A stretch of 64,000 nucleotides of DNA from Minisyncoccia bacterium (GCA_049317285.1 JBMOIO010000004.1:2994-66993), one strand, 5' to 3'. Positions 9,558-18,780 are shown, counted from the stretch's first letter. Numbers and translations are program-made. The notes: a model not told the origin generated them from the sequence alone.

Positions 9558-9598
9558 AAAATGCTGCAGACGACAAGGCCTGCGGCATTTTGCTTTAT
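9558..9598 (+). terminator. rho-independent terminator
   Basis: AAAATGCTGCAG...CTGCGGCATTTTGCTTT hairpin with a U-tract. Confidence 0.5.
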
Positions 9599-9615
9599 AC
9601 GAGTATACTGTTGGT

Positions 9616-10260
9616 ATGCATAACGAACACCACCAACAGCAAATCAACGGACTCCTTATTATTGTCGCAACCCTTATTGTAGGAGCGATTCTTCTCTTTC
9701 TTATTCCCGGAAAACGCGCCGAAGCGCCTGCTCCTGTAGTTACTGAACCAACTCCCGTACAAACAGATACTCGTACTGTGTATAGCTCTCCAGAATACGG
9801 CGTCACCCTTCGCTACAGTGCCGATTTTACTGCACAACCAACAACTGAAGGAACTTCATTTTATTGGAATAGTACGGCAGTTCCGGCACAAACCCTTTTC
9901 CGTATCAGTCTTCCAAAAAGTTTTCAGCCAAACACTAATTTCTCTGAAGCCCGCATCTCACTCTATGCAACAGAAAGCTCGCTTTCCGCAAAGAATTGTC
10001 TGACAGCGCAAAACGGCGAAGTGGCAAGCGGTATGAAAAACTCCTGGGCAGTATTCAAGCTCAGTGACGCCGGAGCCGGCAACTATTATGAGACGACGAG
10101 CTACCGCATGCTGAAAAACGGTGCCTGTGTCGCGCTTGACGCAGTGGTGCATTCGGTTGCTGTGGGCAACTATCCCGCCGAGCTCGGCATCAAAGAGTTT
10201 GACCACTTTGCCGTTAGTCAAAAACTCGATGAAGTGATTGATAGTGTGACAGTACAATAA
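9616..10260 (+). CDS. hypothetical membrane-anchored, likely extracytoplasmic, protein
   Basis: His/Gln-rich start, one TM helix (LLIIVATLIVGAILLFLI), then a Pro/Thr linker and a soluble domain. Confidence 0.45.
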   Translation: MHNEHHQQQINGLLIIVATLIVGAILLFLIPGKRAEAPAPVVTEPTPVQTDTRTVYSSPEYGVTLRYSADFTAQPTTEGTSFYWNSTAVPAQTLFRISLPKSFQPNTNFSEARISLYATESSLSAKNCLTAQNGEVASGMKNSWAVFKLSDAGAGNYYETTSYRMLKNGACVALDAVVHSVAVGNYPAELGIKEFDHFAVSQKLDEVIDSVTVQ

Positions 10261-10353
10261 GGGTCGTGGCCCGCGTAGCCTTGGTGAAGAGGGCTTGCAA
10301 TAGAGGCTCGTCTACAGCTACAATGAAAGTATTAGAAGTAAACAACTATTTAT

Positions 10354-10503
10354 ATGCTCACAACAATTGCAATCCTCCTCCTCATTCTTTGGTTCCTCGG
10401 ATTTATCGGTATTTATACTATCGGTAACTTCATTCACATCCTTCTCGTTGTGGCTGTCGTGATGATTCTCATCCGCATCATCCGCGGAGAAAATCCGTTT
10501 TAA
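10354..10503 (+). CDS. lmo0937-family small membrane protein (49 aa)
   Basis: Hand-translated MLTTIAILLLILWFLGFIGIYTIGNFIHILLVVAVVMILIRIIRGENPF. It matches the lmo0937-family pattern (LWxLGF...HxLLVxAxx) and is followed by a terminator. It was missed by the 60-aa ORF cutoff and lies antisense to the listed 10318..10515(-) ORF. Confidence 0.55.
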   Translation: MLTTIAILLLILWFLGFIGIYTIGNFIHILLVVAVVMILIRIIRGENPF

Positions 10504-10518
10504 GTACTCACACAAAGA

Positions 10519-10543
10519 TACTCCCGAAAAGGGAGTTTTTTTG
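10519..10543 (+). terminator. rho-independent terminator
   Basis: CTCCCgaaaaGGGAG followed by TTTTTTTG. Confidence 0.65.
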
Positions 10544-10560
10544 TTTACAGAAAAATTTCA

Positions 10561-10674
10561 GAAAAATAGAATAGCTCCCCTCGAACCACACACATAATTT
10601 TCTGCTGAAAATTTGTTCCAACTCGCGCCAGACGCGCTCCGTTAGTCGGTTCTCCGGGACTATTCTATTTTTCT
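10561..10674 (+). repeat. intergenic hairpin repeat, copy A (MITE/REP-like structured element family)
   Basis: Conserved core CACACATAATTTTCTGCTGAAAATTTGTTCCAACTCG...CCGTTAG flanked by inverted arms GAAAAATAGAATAGCTCCCCTCGAACC / GGTTCTCCGGGACTATTCTATTTTTC. Related copies lie at 18644, 40696, 46217, 50310 and 59401. Confidence 0.6.
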
Positions 10675-10703
10675 TTCTCCGTAATTCTGGTAGAGTACCT
10701 CGT

Positions 10704-11519
10704 ATGAATACGAGCGAGAAAGCGTTTGTAAAAGCTGTGTATGCCTACTATAAAAAAGAGGGGAGGCATGACTTGGCGTGGCGGCAAACCACCAATCCGT
10801 ACAAGATAGCCGTCTCCGAAGTGATGCTTCAGCAGACCCAAGTATCTCGCGTGAAGGAAAAGTACAAAGAGTTCTTAAAGCTTTTTCCAACAGCAAAAGC
10901 GCTTGCGACTGCGTCTTTGGCGGATGTATTGAAAGTATGGACCGGGCTCGGGTATAACCGCCGTGCAAAATTTTTAAAGGCAATGGCGGAAACAGTGACA
11001 ACTGAATACAAAGGAGTGTTTCCCAAAACAGTGCGCGAACTTGAGGCCTTGCCCGGAGTCGGTCACTATACTGCGCGCGCTATTGCGACCTTTGCATACA
11101 ATACCGCACACACATTTATTGAAACAAATATTCGCACCGTCTACATGCATCACTTTTTTCCCGAGTCAGAAGAATTAGTAGACGACAAGGTGCTGATGCC
11201 GATTATTGAAGCGACGCTCGATACAAAAAATCCGCGCGAGTGGTATTGGGCGCTGATGGACTACGGCAGCTTTTTGAAAACAAGTGGTGTGAAGATTCAC
11301 CGCAATAGTGCGCAGTATAAAAAGCAAAGTCCCTTGAAGGGTTCCGTCCGCGAAGTCCGCGGCGCGATTATTAAAGTGTTGGCACACAACCCGCACACTA
11401 CTACTGCTCTGCGCAAGAAGGTTTCCTTCGACACCCCCCGCTACAACACTGCCCTTGCCCAGCTTGTTACCGAGAACCTTATCGAAAAAAAAGGGAACAC
11501 CTACCAAATAAAATCCTAG
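10704..11519 (+). CDS. HhH-GPD family DNA glycosylase (MutY/EndoIII-like) lacking the 4Fe-4S cysteine cluster
   Basis: The HhH motif LPGVGHYTARAIATFAYN and the following GPD-type loop are present. No Cys-x6-Cys-x2-Cys-x5-Cys cluster; the protein contains no cysteine. Confidence 0.65.
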   Translation: MNTSEKAFVKAVYAYYKKEGRHDLAWRQTTNPYKIAVSEVMLQQTQVSRVKEKYKEFLKLFPTAKALATASLADVLKVWTGLGYNRRAKFLKAMAETVTTEYKGVFPKTVRELEALPGVGHYTARAIATFAYNTAHTFIETNIRTVYMHHFFPESEELVDDKVLMPIIEATLDTKNPREWYWALMDYGSFLKTSGVKIHRNSAQYKKQSPLKGSVREVRGAIIKVLAHNPHTTTALRKKVSFDTPRYNTALAQLVTENLIEKKGNTYQIKS

Positions 11520-11543
11520 CGAGAACCCCTCCTTTTTAGATCC

Positions 11544-11587
11544 CACTTGCATCAAAATCTTGCTATAGCAAGATTTTGATGCAAGTG
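11544..11587. promoter_or_regulatory. perfect 44-bp palindrome (20-bp arms, TATA centre) between the glycosylase and htrA; operator or terminator-like hairpin
   Basis: CACTTGCATCAAAATCTTGC-TATA-GCAAGATTTTGATGCAAGTG; a related imperfect copy lies at 44352..44393. Confidence 0.4.
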
Positions 11588-11634
11588 CCCCGTATACCTT
11601 TGATACTTGGGGGATTTTTACTACAATAGGCTAT

Positions 11635-12846
11635 ATGATATTAAGAATGACGCCTCGAAAACTTCGGCATTTCCGCTTTATTGGCAAAGTGTTCCTTATT
11701 AGCCTCTCCGCAGGCATCGTGCTCCTGGCACTGGTTGCAGGGGTGGTGTGGGCGTTTAAGGACCGTATATTGACCTCTATTGCGCTCTACGTGCCACCGC
11801 CACAACTGCCAAAAATTGCCGAGACACCCGTAATCCCGCTTTCCGGTGGTGAGGTGATCGTGGCGGCCGACAGCGCTGTTGTGCCGGAGGAGAAAGATAT
11901 CCCGCTTTCAGTGTCAGAGGTTGTGGCAAAGGCCGACGACAGTGTCGTGTCTATCACCCTTACCAACAGTGTCGGAAGAATACTCGGTAAAGGAACAGGA
12001 TTTTTTGTTACAAAGGATGGACTGATTGTTACTAACCGCCATGTAGTGGACACTTCCGGCGCTTCGTTTACTGTCACTACCACTGACGGCAAAGAACGCT
12101 CGGCCACGCTTGTGGCAATCGACCCTGTACTCGATATCGCTCTCGTGCGGGTCGCAGGCTCGGGCTTTACTCCGCTTGTGCTCGGAAATTCCAACACGCT
12201 TTCTACTGGGCAAAGCGTTATCGCTATCGGCTACGCGCTTGGCACATTTCAAAACTCTGTCTCTGTCGGTGTAGTGTCCGGCCTTTCGCGCAGTGTCGTA
12301 GCAAGAGGAAATAACGGAGACTCGACCTATCTTGATGCAGTGATTCAAACTGATGCCGCTATCAATAAAGGAAACTCAGGAGGTCCCTTGCTAAACCTCA
12401 AGGGCGAAGTGATCGGAGTAAACGCTGCAAGCGCACTGACTTCGCAGAGTATCGGCTTTGCGCTTCCGATCAATGATGTGAAGCAGGCTATCACTTCGGT
12501 GCAGAAAACAGGCCGTATCATCCGTCCGTATGTTGGCGTGCGCTATACCCAAATCACTCCTGATGTTGCGTCAGAGCGCGGGCTGTCAGTAAACTATGGA
12601 GTAATCGTGGAACCTGGTCGCTCACAAGCCGATATTGCAGTGCTCCCAGGCTCTCCTGCAGCTATTGCAGGCATTATGAGCGGGGATATTATCCTTTCGC
12701 TTAACGGCGTGAAGCTCGACCAGGCACGGAGTTTTGCTTCCTTGATACGGCAAAAAACAGTCGGAGCGACAGTGACCTTGCTCGTATTGCGAAACGGCGT
12801 CACCGCTCCGTATACAGTGACTCTCGCTGAAGCATCTGCTCTCTAG
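11635..12846 (+). CDS. htrA: HtrA/DegP-family trypsin-like serine protease with a PDZ domain
   Basis: N-terminal TM; TNRHVV (His), GNSGGPL (Ser) and a C-terminal PDZ region (GDIILSLNGVKL). The true start may be the MTPRKL a few codons in. Confidence 0.8.
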   Translation: MILRMTPRKLRHFRFIGKVFLISLSAGIVLLALVAGVVWAFKDRILTSIALYVPPPQLPKIAETPVIPLSGGEVIVAADSAVVPEEKDIPLSVSEVVAKADDSVVSITLTNSVGRILGKGTGFFVTKDGLIVTNRHVVDTSGASFTVTTTDGKERSATLVAIDPVLDIALVRVAGSGFTPLVLGNSNTLSTGQSVIAIGYALGTFQNSVSVGVVSGLSRSVVARGNNGDSTYLDAVIQTDAAINKGNSGGPLLNLKGEVIGVNAASALTSQSIGFALPINDVKQAITSVQKTGRIIRPYVGVRYTQITPDVASERGLSVNYGVIVEPGRSQADIAVLPGSPAAIAGIMSGDIILSLNGVKLDQARSFASLIRQKTVGATVTLLVLRNGVTAPYTVTLAEASAL

Positions 12847-12855
12847 TCAGTATTA

Positions 12856-14001
12856 TTACCGAGTGTCCACGATGCGAAATGCATAGAGGGCGCCCAAGAG
12901 GAGGAGTCCTGCCAACAGCATAAAGAGCCCTGTGTATGAAAAAAAGAGGAGGAGCACAGCACCAGTCATCGGCCCGATCACATACGCAAAGGGCTGCATG
13001 ATGCGGTAAAAGCTGATCACGTCTCCGTCAGTATCGGTGACCTGCTTGAAAAAATAGCTGTCATTCATAATCTCAAGCGTACTCGCTCCTATTCGGGTAG
13101 AGAAAAGAATCACTGCCACCGCTATTGCGCTTGGAGTGTTTACAAATGCAAAGAGCGCAATTGCAACCGCTATGACGACAAGCGAGGTGATCATCAGCTC
13201 TTTTTCGCCGAGGTATTTATCCGCGAGTCGCCCCATAGGGTATGGGAAAATAATAAAAGGGAGGAGCATAAAGGAAAATATCGCCCCGACAGTACTCCAA
13301 CTAAAGCCGAGCACTTGTATAAGATAGAGCGGTACATAGAGCGCCATCCACGAAAAGAAAAACTGCAAAAGAAAGTTCAAGGAAATCACCCGGCGAAGTG
13401 CGGGTGTTTTTCGAATGTGTGCAAATGCAGCGACCAGGTTTGGTGCACTTTGCGGGCGCGCGACAAACTTTCGCTGGCTGATAGCGATGATTATTCCGCA
13501 GACTGAAATCGCAACTGCTGAGATGAGATACACCGCACTAAAGCCGTATCGTGTAGAAATCATACCGACCAGTACCGGCATGCTGACCCATCCGATATTC
13601 ATGATCGTGAGCATGAGCCCGCGGATGTTTCCTGTGGCCGTGTTGGCGCTGTAGTGCTCGATGAATATGTCGAGCGCGTAGAGGATGCAGGCGTTGAGCG
13701 CAAAATAGACGACAAATGCTCCGAGGAGAAGGTACTCGCTCTGTACTGTTCCGAGTACCCACAAAAGCGTTGCTGAAAGGAGTATCACCCCAAGCGCCAC
13801 GCGCACTGTGCCAAATTTTCGCATCAAGCGCGGGGCTGAGAGGGTGAGCAGGATAGAAAGCGCGGAGGCGGTGGCAAACAAGACGCTGACAGTGTTTGCG
13901 CTAACATGCGCTCCCAGCATGCTTGAGTGCACATAGGCGACCAGCGCCATATGGAGTGCAAAAAAGAATGATGCAAGGAATACAATCCGAAGTTTTTTCA
14001 T
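12856..14001 (-). CDS. MFS transporter
   Basis: 381 aa with about 12 predicted TM helices and a central loop; MFS-like layout. Confidence 0.65.
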   Translation of the reverse strand: MKKLRIVFLASFFFALHMALVAYVHSSMLGAHVSANTVSVLFATASALSILLTLSAPRLMRKFGTVRVALGVILLSATLLWVLGTVQSEYLLLGAFVVYFALNACILYALDIFIEHYSANTATGNIRGLMLTIMNIGWVSMPVLVGMISTRYGFSAVYLISAVAISVCGIIIAISQRKFVARPQSAPNLVAAFAHIRKTPALRRVISLNFLLQFFFSWMALYVPLYLIQVLGFSWSTVGAIFSFMLLPFIIFPYPMGRLADKYLGEKELMITSLVVIAVAIALFAFVNTPSAIAVAVILFSTRIGASTLEIMNDSYFFKQVTDTDGDVISFYRIMQPFAYVIGPMTGAVLLLFFSYTGLFMLLAGLLLLGALYAFRIVDTR

Positions 14002-14031
14002 GAGTGTAGTATAGCGCAGTTTAGTACGCTA

Positions 14032-15927
14032 TTAGATAGCGAGAATAACCGGGATAACCAGTGGGCGCTTTGCGGTGTTCTGGAAGAGATATTTTGAAAT
14101 CGTTTCTGCCACTTCGTTTTTCGCCATATCAAAGTCGATAGGGTTTTGGCCCTTGGTGCTTGTTTCGATAGTGCGCTTGATCAGTGTGCGAGCGGTGCGA
14201 AGGAGCTCTTGGTTTTCTTTGAGGTACACGAATCCACGAGAGATGAGGTCAGGAGACTTCTTCAAAAGGCCTGTCTTTGCGTCTACAAGCGCCATCACCA
14301 CGAACATACCGTCTTCTGCGAGCATTTGTCGGTCGCGGATGACCACTGTCTGTTCGTCGCCGATAGAGAAGCCGTCCACCATCATTGCCTGTGCAGGAGC
14401 CTTTTCCTTGCGGACACTGATGCGCTCTCCGTCAGGAGAAATTTCGACGATGCTTCCGTTGTCGGGAACGACAATGTTTTGTTCAGGGATGCCAAGTTCC
14501 ATCGCAAGGTCCTTGTGCTGTTGGAGTCGGTAGTGGTTGCCGTGAATCGGAATAAAGAACTTTTCATTCACTTTGCGGTGCAGCCATCGAACATCTTCTT
14601 TGTTGCCGTGACCTGTTGCGTGAACTGTTTCTTCGCCCGGAGTGCGGTAGCTGATGATGCGGACGCCCTGTCGAGCAAGCCCATCTTTCATGCGTTCGAT
14701 TGCGCGTTCGTTTCCAGGGATAACAGAAGAGGAAAGAATCACCGTGTCAGTTTTCTTGAGCGCAAACTTTTTGTCGGTCTTGTTTGCAGCGCGCATGAGA
14801 CCAGAGAATTCTTCACCCTGTCCGCCTGTTGAAAGGACAATACATTTGTGAGGAGGGAATCGGTCGATTTCATCCATTGAAACGATTGTTTCTTTCTTTG
14901 GCTTGAGGAGGCCTGCCTGAATTGCAATCTCAATGTTTGTCTTCATTGAGCGACCGTTTAAGAAGATGTGCTTGCCGAGCGCTTCAGCAATTTCCACGAT
15001 CTTGATAAGGCGAGTGATGTGGGAGGCAAACGCTGCAATAATCACGCGGTGGTTGCTCTCACGGCGCAAAATATTTTCAAGTCCTTGGTGCACTTTGATT
15101 TCCGGCAATGAGAAGCCTTCGTTTTCGATGTTGGTCGAGTCGGTCAAGAGAAGGAGTGTTTTCATTGAGTCGAATATCTTGTACGCTTTCTCTTCGCTTT
15201 CTGTTGCAATGCCGTCGAGCTGATCGAGTTTGTAGTCGCCCGGGTTTACGATCGCGCCATGAGGCGTTTCGATGATCACTCCCATAGAGTCGGGGATAGT
15301 GTGGGTCACACCCCAGAACTTCACGCGAAGTTTGCCCAGTGTCACCACTTCGTTATTTTCCACGATGACAGTGTTCATAGCGGGAAGATGCGGGAATTCA
15401 GCTTGGCGCTTTTTCAGCATCAACACGGTGAGGTTGCGAGAATAGACCGGCGGGTTGCCGATGCGAGAGAGCACAAGCGGTACGCCACCAGTGTGGTCAA
15501 GGTGTCCGTGGGTCACGATGAGTGCGCGGATTTTGTGCTTTCGCTCTTCGAGGTAGCGAGTGTTTGGGATGACATAGTCGATACCGGGAGTTGTTTCGTT
15601 TGAAAACGACATACCCGCGTCAATCACGATGATATCGTCACCGATTTCGATCGCTGTCATGTTCTTTCCGATTTCTTCCACGCCTCCAAGCGGGATCACG
15701 CGGATCACTCCCTCTTCAATAGCGGGGATGTGCGCAGTCTTTCGTTCTTCGACTTGTCCTTCTTGGCCTTCATTTTTTGGCCATGCTGGTCGGCGATTTC
15801 TTCCGCCACCTCCGCCTTGTGGGCGGCGATTGAATGAACGCTTTGGTTTTCCGTTTCCTGCACCTGCTGGGCGAGGGCCGTTATTGTTAAATTGTCTTTT
15901 TGGTTGTGTGTTTGTTTGTTGTTCCAT
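14032..15927 (-). CDS. rnj: ribonuclease J (metallo-beta-lactamase/beta-CASP) with an N-terminal Gly/Arg-rich basic extension
   Basis: THGHLDHTGG motif, beta-CASP region, C-terminal domain; about 60 aa RGG/GN-rich N-terminal extension (RPQGGGGGRNRRP). Confidence 0.85.
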   Translation of the reverse strand: MEQQTNTQPKRQFNNNGPRPAGAGNGKPKRSFNRRPQGGGGGRNRRPAWPKNEGQEGQVEERKTAHIPAIEEGVIRVIPLGGVEEIGKNMTAIEIGDDIIVIDAGMSFSNETTPGIDYVIPNTRYLEERKHKIRALIVTHGHLDHTGGVPLVLSRIGNPPVYSRNLTVLMLKKRQAEFPHLPAMNTVIVENNEVVTLGKLRVKFWGVTHTIPDSMGVIIETPHGAIVNPGDYKLDQLDGIATESEEKAYKIFDSMKTLLLLTDSTNIENEGFSLPEIKVHQGLENILRRESNHRVIIAAFASHITRLIKIVEIAEALGKHIFLNGRSMKTNIEIAIQAGLLKPKKETIVSMDEIDRFPPHKCIVLSTGGQGEEFSGLMRAANKTDKKFALKKTDTVILSSSVIPGNERAIERMKDGLARQGVRIISYRTPGEETVHATGHGNKEDVRWLHRKVNEKFFIPIHGNHYRLQQHKDLAMELGIPEQNIVVPDNGSIVEISPDGERISVRKEKAPAQAMMVDGFSIGDEQTVVIRDRQMLAEDGMFVVMALVDAKTGLLKKSPDLISRGFVYLKENQELLRTARTLIKRTIETSTKGQNPIDFDMAKNEVAETISKYLFQNTAKRPLVIPVILAI

Positions 15928-15936
15928 ATATAAAAA

Positions 15937-17484
15937 TTAGTAAATAGTGTTCTGTCTCTTTTTCGCGAGTAGTGGATACAGTCGGTCAGTATTGGTATAC
16001 CAGCTCGTTACATTCGCGTACCGGAGTACGGGAGAGATAAGTACTGTAGGAATGATACCATGAGCATCTGTTTTGGTCACAAAAGGAATAGTGCTCGTAT
16101 ACAAAGGAAGAATCGCTTCGTAGTTTTCGCTCGGTACAGCTCCTTTTGCAAGTACTGCATTGAATGCACCTGTTGCAAGCGCTGACTGAAAGAATCCCGG
16201 ATCAAAACTTCTCACAGAAACGGTGACCCCCAGCGTCCGAACTTCTTCCGCCAGAGCATTTGCAAGGGCGATAGTGGTCGGTGTGTTGATTGTTGCAATC
16301 GAGAATCCGACTGAAGAACCGTTTTTCATAAGCGTACCGTTTTTGAGCTGGTAGCCGAGTCGTTCGAGTCGAGCGTATATTTCTTCGCTTGTCTCTTTTG
16401 GAGAATCGCGCTCTTTGAGCGGAGTCCCATAACCGTTTTCTACTATAGCGATTATTCGCTCTTTGTCAATATATTGAGTAAGTACAGTGACAAATGCAGC
16501 GTTTGCAAGCGCGCCTCCGTCTCCGCGCAAATGGTAGAGCGTTGCTTCAGTCGCACTTTTCACGGGCACCACCGTGTAGTCGCCCTCTGTGCTTGTCCCC
16601 ACTGTTCCAGAGCTCAGTGCAAAGGTAAAGTCGAGGTCGCCCTCATTCATCGCATCCATCAGTTCTCGTTGGTTGCTGAAAATATGGACAGAGAGTTTTC
16701 TCAAAAGAGGCGCGCCTAGTACATAGTGTTGATTGCGCTTAAAGACAAGAAAGTTCGCAATACCTTTCTCGCTGTCAGTGCGCACGAGCTCAAACGCTCC
16801 TGCGCCAATAGGTTGTACATTTTCAGGGGCTGTCGCAAATGCTTCGTCAGAAATCTCCGCCCATACATGTTCAGGGAGAATACCTATCGTGAGGCGCGCA
16901 AGGAAGTCAGTGCGCGGAGCAGGGAGGGTAAACACGACCGTTCGCTCGTCTGGTGCCTCCACGCCAACAAGGCTCCAGTACGCGGTATAGTTTTGGTTGA
17001 GTGTACTGTTTTGCAGTTTGCCGACCGTAAACAGCACGTCCTGCGAGGTGAGCTTTTTGCCGTCGTGGAATTTTGCTTCTTTGAGTGTGAAGGTATAGGT
17101 CCGGCTGTCGGGCGAGAGCGTGTAGTCTTGTGCAAGTTCAAGCATGATTTCGCCATCAGCAGTTTCCTTCATGAGTCCTGCATAGACGAGCTTGGTGAGC
17201 GCGATGTCGGTGTCGGTCACTGCGAGGATCGGGTTGATACTTTTTGGTGCACCTATGATTCCTTCGGTGAGGGCGCCTCCTGGGGCGGGGACAGTGACAA
17301 GAAAAGAATTATGAAAGGCGACAAGCGTGAAAAAAGCTATTGCAAGGATTGCAATAAATAGGCCCAGCGCAAGCTTGCGGTACGCTGTCATTTCTCCACG
17401 CAAAAGTGCACGGAGTGTTGAGAGAGAGGGGATTTTTTTGTGGGTGAGAAAAGAAAAAAAGGATGCCATTGTGAATCGGCTCAC
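15937..17484 (-). CDS. extracellular solute-binding protein, family 5 (OppA/DppA-like), membrane-anchored
   Basis: N-terminal TM, then SBP_bac_5-like sequence (GAPKSINPILA...LVYAGLM...LAQDYTLSPD); no adjacent permease or ATPase genes. Confidence 0.65.
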   Translation of the reverse strand: MSRFTMASFFSFLTHKKIPSLSTLRALLRGEMTAYRKLALGLFIAILAIAFFTLVAFHNSFLVTVPAPGGALTEGIIGAPKSINPILAVTDTDIALTKLVYAGLMKETADGEIMLELAQDYTLSPDSRTYTFTLKEAKFHDGKKLTSQDVLFTVGKLQNSTLNQNYTAYWSLVGVEAPDERTVVFTLPAPRTDFLARLTIGILPEHVWAEISDEAFATAPENVQPIGAGAFELVRTDSEKGIANFLVFKRNQHYVLGAPLLRKLSVHIFSNQRELMDAMNEGDLDFTFALSSGTVGTSTEGDYTVVPVKSATEATLYHLRGDGGALANAAFVTVLTQYIDKERIIAIVENGYGTPLKERDSPKETSEEIYARLERLGYQLKNGTLMKNGSSVGFSIATINTPTTIALANALAEEVRTLGVTVSVRSFDPGFFQSALATGAFNAVLAKGAVPSENYEAILPLYTSTIPFVTKTDAHGIIPTVLISPVLRYANVTSWYTNTDRLYPLLAKKRQNTIY

Positions 17485-17505
17485 CTATATAGGAGGGTGT
17501 GTTCT

Positions 17506-17733
17506 TTATGCAGTGAGAACGATAGCGGCGAGAGAGACTGCAGCAAAGGCAATCGAAACCGCTATTGTCAGTACAAAGAAGAATCGCTCAGCACCTCTGC
17601 GAGTATGCAAAAATGACGCACTGTCTCCGCCAACAGGAATACCGCTGGCATCGCTTGAAGGGCGTTGGAGAAGGATAAGGGCGATGAGTGCGAGCGCCAA
17701 GAGTATTTGAATGCTGTGCAGAGTTGCTACCAT
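17506..17733 (-). CDS. secG: preprotein translocase subunit SecG (probable)
   Basis: 75 aa, two TM helices separated by an LLQ...GG region that resembles the SecG signature. Confidence 0.5.
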   Translation of the reverse strand: MVATLHSIQILLALALIALILLQRPSSDASGIPVGGDSASFLHTRRGAERFFFVLTIAVSIAFAAVSLAAIVLTA

Positions 17734-17794
17734 AGGTGAAACGAGATGATTATAGCAGACCAGAGCAAATTGGTAAAATTGACTTTTTGTTTAT

Positions 17795-18298
17795 GTGTTA
17801 TATAGTGGTCACAAACTTAAACATTTAAAAATGGAAGAAAACACTTCACCACAGCGAAATGAGACTCTTGCATGGATTCTCTTCGCGGTTTTTTTGTTGC
17901 TTTGCATCATGCGTATGGTTGCAGTTATAAGGATGTATGACCTTTTCTCTGCAAAACAAGCACTCTTCACTAGCTCGTTTGGCATAGAGATGACATTGAT
18001 CATCCTCTACAGCATAGTGTTTGTCATTTATATGCCAGAAGAGGGTAGACCTCCCTTAGTTATTGCTCCGGTGATGAAAAACCTCTTGGGGTACTACATC
18101 GTGCGCTTTTGCTTTATGCTCATTATAGGAAGCTTCCTTTTTGCAGCACTCCTTCGCTTGTTCTTGTTGTACTTGCCGTTTAGTGGATTTCTGTACGCAG
18201 GCGCACTGGTACTGACTATTGTTATGAGTATGTCGCTCTTGCGCATGGCATCGAAATACTACTTCTGGTACCGAATCAAAAAAATCTCACGAAAGTGA
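17795..18298 (+). CDS. hypothetical polytopic membrane protein
   Basis: Four hydrophobic helices; no motif recognised; start may be the internal MEENTSP. Confidence 0.4.
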   Translation: MLYSGHKLKHLKMEENTSPQRNETLAWILFAVFLLLCIMRMVAVIRMYDLFSAKQALFTSSFGIEMTLIILYSIVFVIYMPEEGRPPLVIAPVMKNLLGYYIVRFCFMLIIGSFLFAALLRLFLLYLPFSGFLYAGALVLTIVMSMSLLRMASKYYFWYRIKKISRK

Positions 18299-18338
18299 GC
18301 TTTTTTCTTTACCCGCCTTTACTATATAATAGGTATAT

Positions 18339-18635
18339 ATGGCAAAGACAAAGATTATTCCGCTTGCTGACCGTGTGGTCGTGAGTGTGGTGACTGAAAA
18401 GAAGACGCTGTCCGGTATCATCATTTCCGAAGGGATAGGCAAAGAGCGCCCGGAGCGCGGCGTGGTGACAGCGGTAGGAAAGGGGCGCAAGAACGACAGT
18501 GGCGAATATATGCCAGTAGAAGTGGGTGTGGGCGATGAAGTACTGTTTTCCAAATTCGGTCCGGAGATTATCGTCGTCGACGGCGTCGAGTACTATATAT
18601 TGAGAGAAGATCAGATTCTCGCGATTATTAAATAA
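18339..18635 (+). CDS. groES: co-chaperonin GroES
   Basis: MAKTKIIPLADRVVV... 98 aa, canonical GroES. Confidence 0.9.
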   Translation: MAKTKIIPLADRVVVSVVTEKKTLSGIIISEGIGKERPERGVVTAVGKGRKNDSGEYMPVEVGVGDEVLFSKFGPEIIVVDGVEYYILREDQILAIIK

Positions 18636-18643
18636 TTCTCTCT

Positions 18644-18744
18644 CAACGGTGTATTCCTCGAAATACGCGCATAAAATCCTGCTGGATTTTTGCTACTCTC
18701 GGCTCAGACAGCCTGCGAGATGTATTTCTCGGAGCACACCGTCG
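18644..18744 (+). repeat. intergenic hairpin repeat, copy B, lying between groES and groEL
   Basis: Core GCGCATAAAATCCTGCTGGATTTTTGCTACTCTCGGCTCAGACAGCCTGCGAG with paired flanks CAACGGTGTATTCCTCGAAATAC / GTATTTCTCGGAGCACACCGTCG. Confidence 0.5.
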
Positions 18745-18780
18745 CTCGATCATTTGGTTATTAATGTATAATTAAAGAAT

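Noticed and set aside
10318-10515. Listed 65-aa minus-strand ORF
   Set aside because: It is antisense to a better-supported 49-aa lmo0937-family membrane protein gene on the plus strand that is followed by its own terminator.
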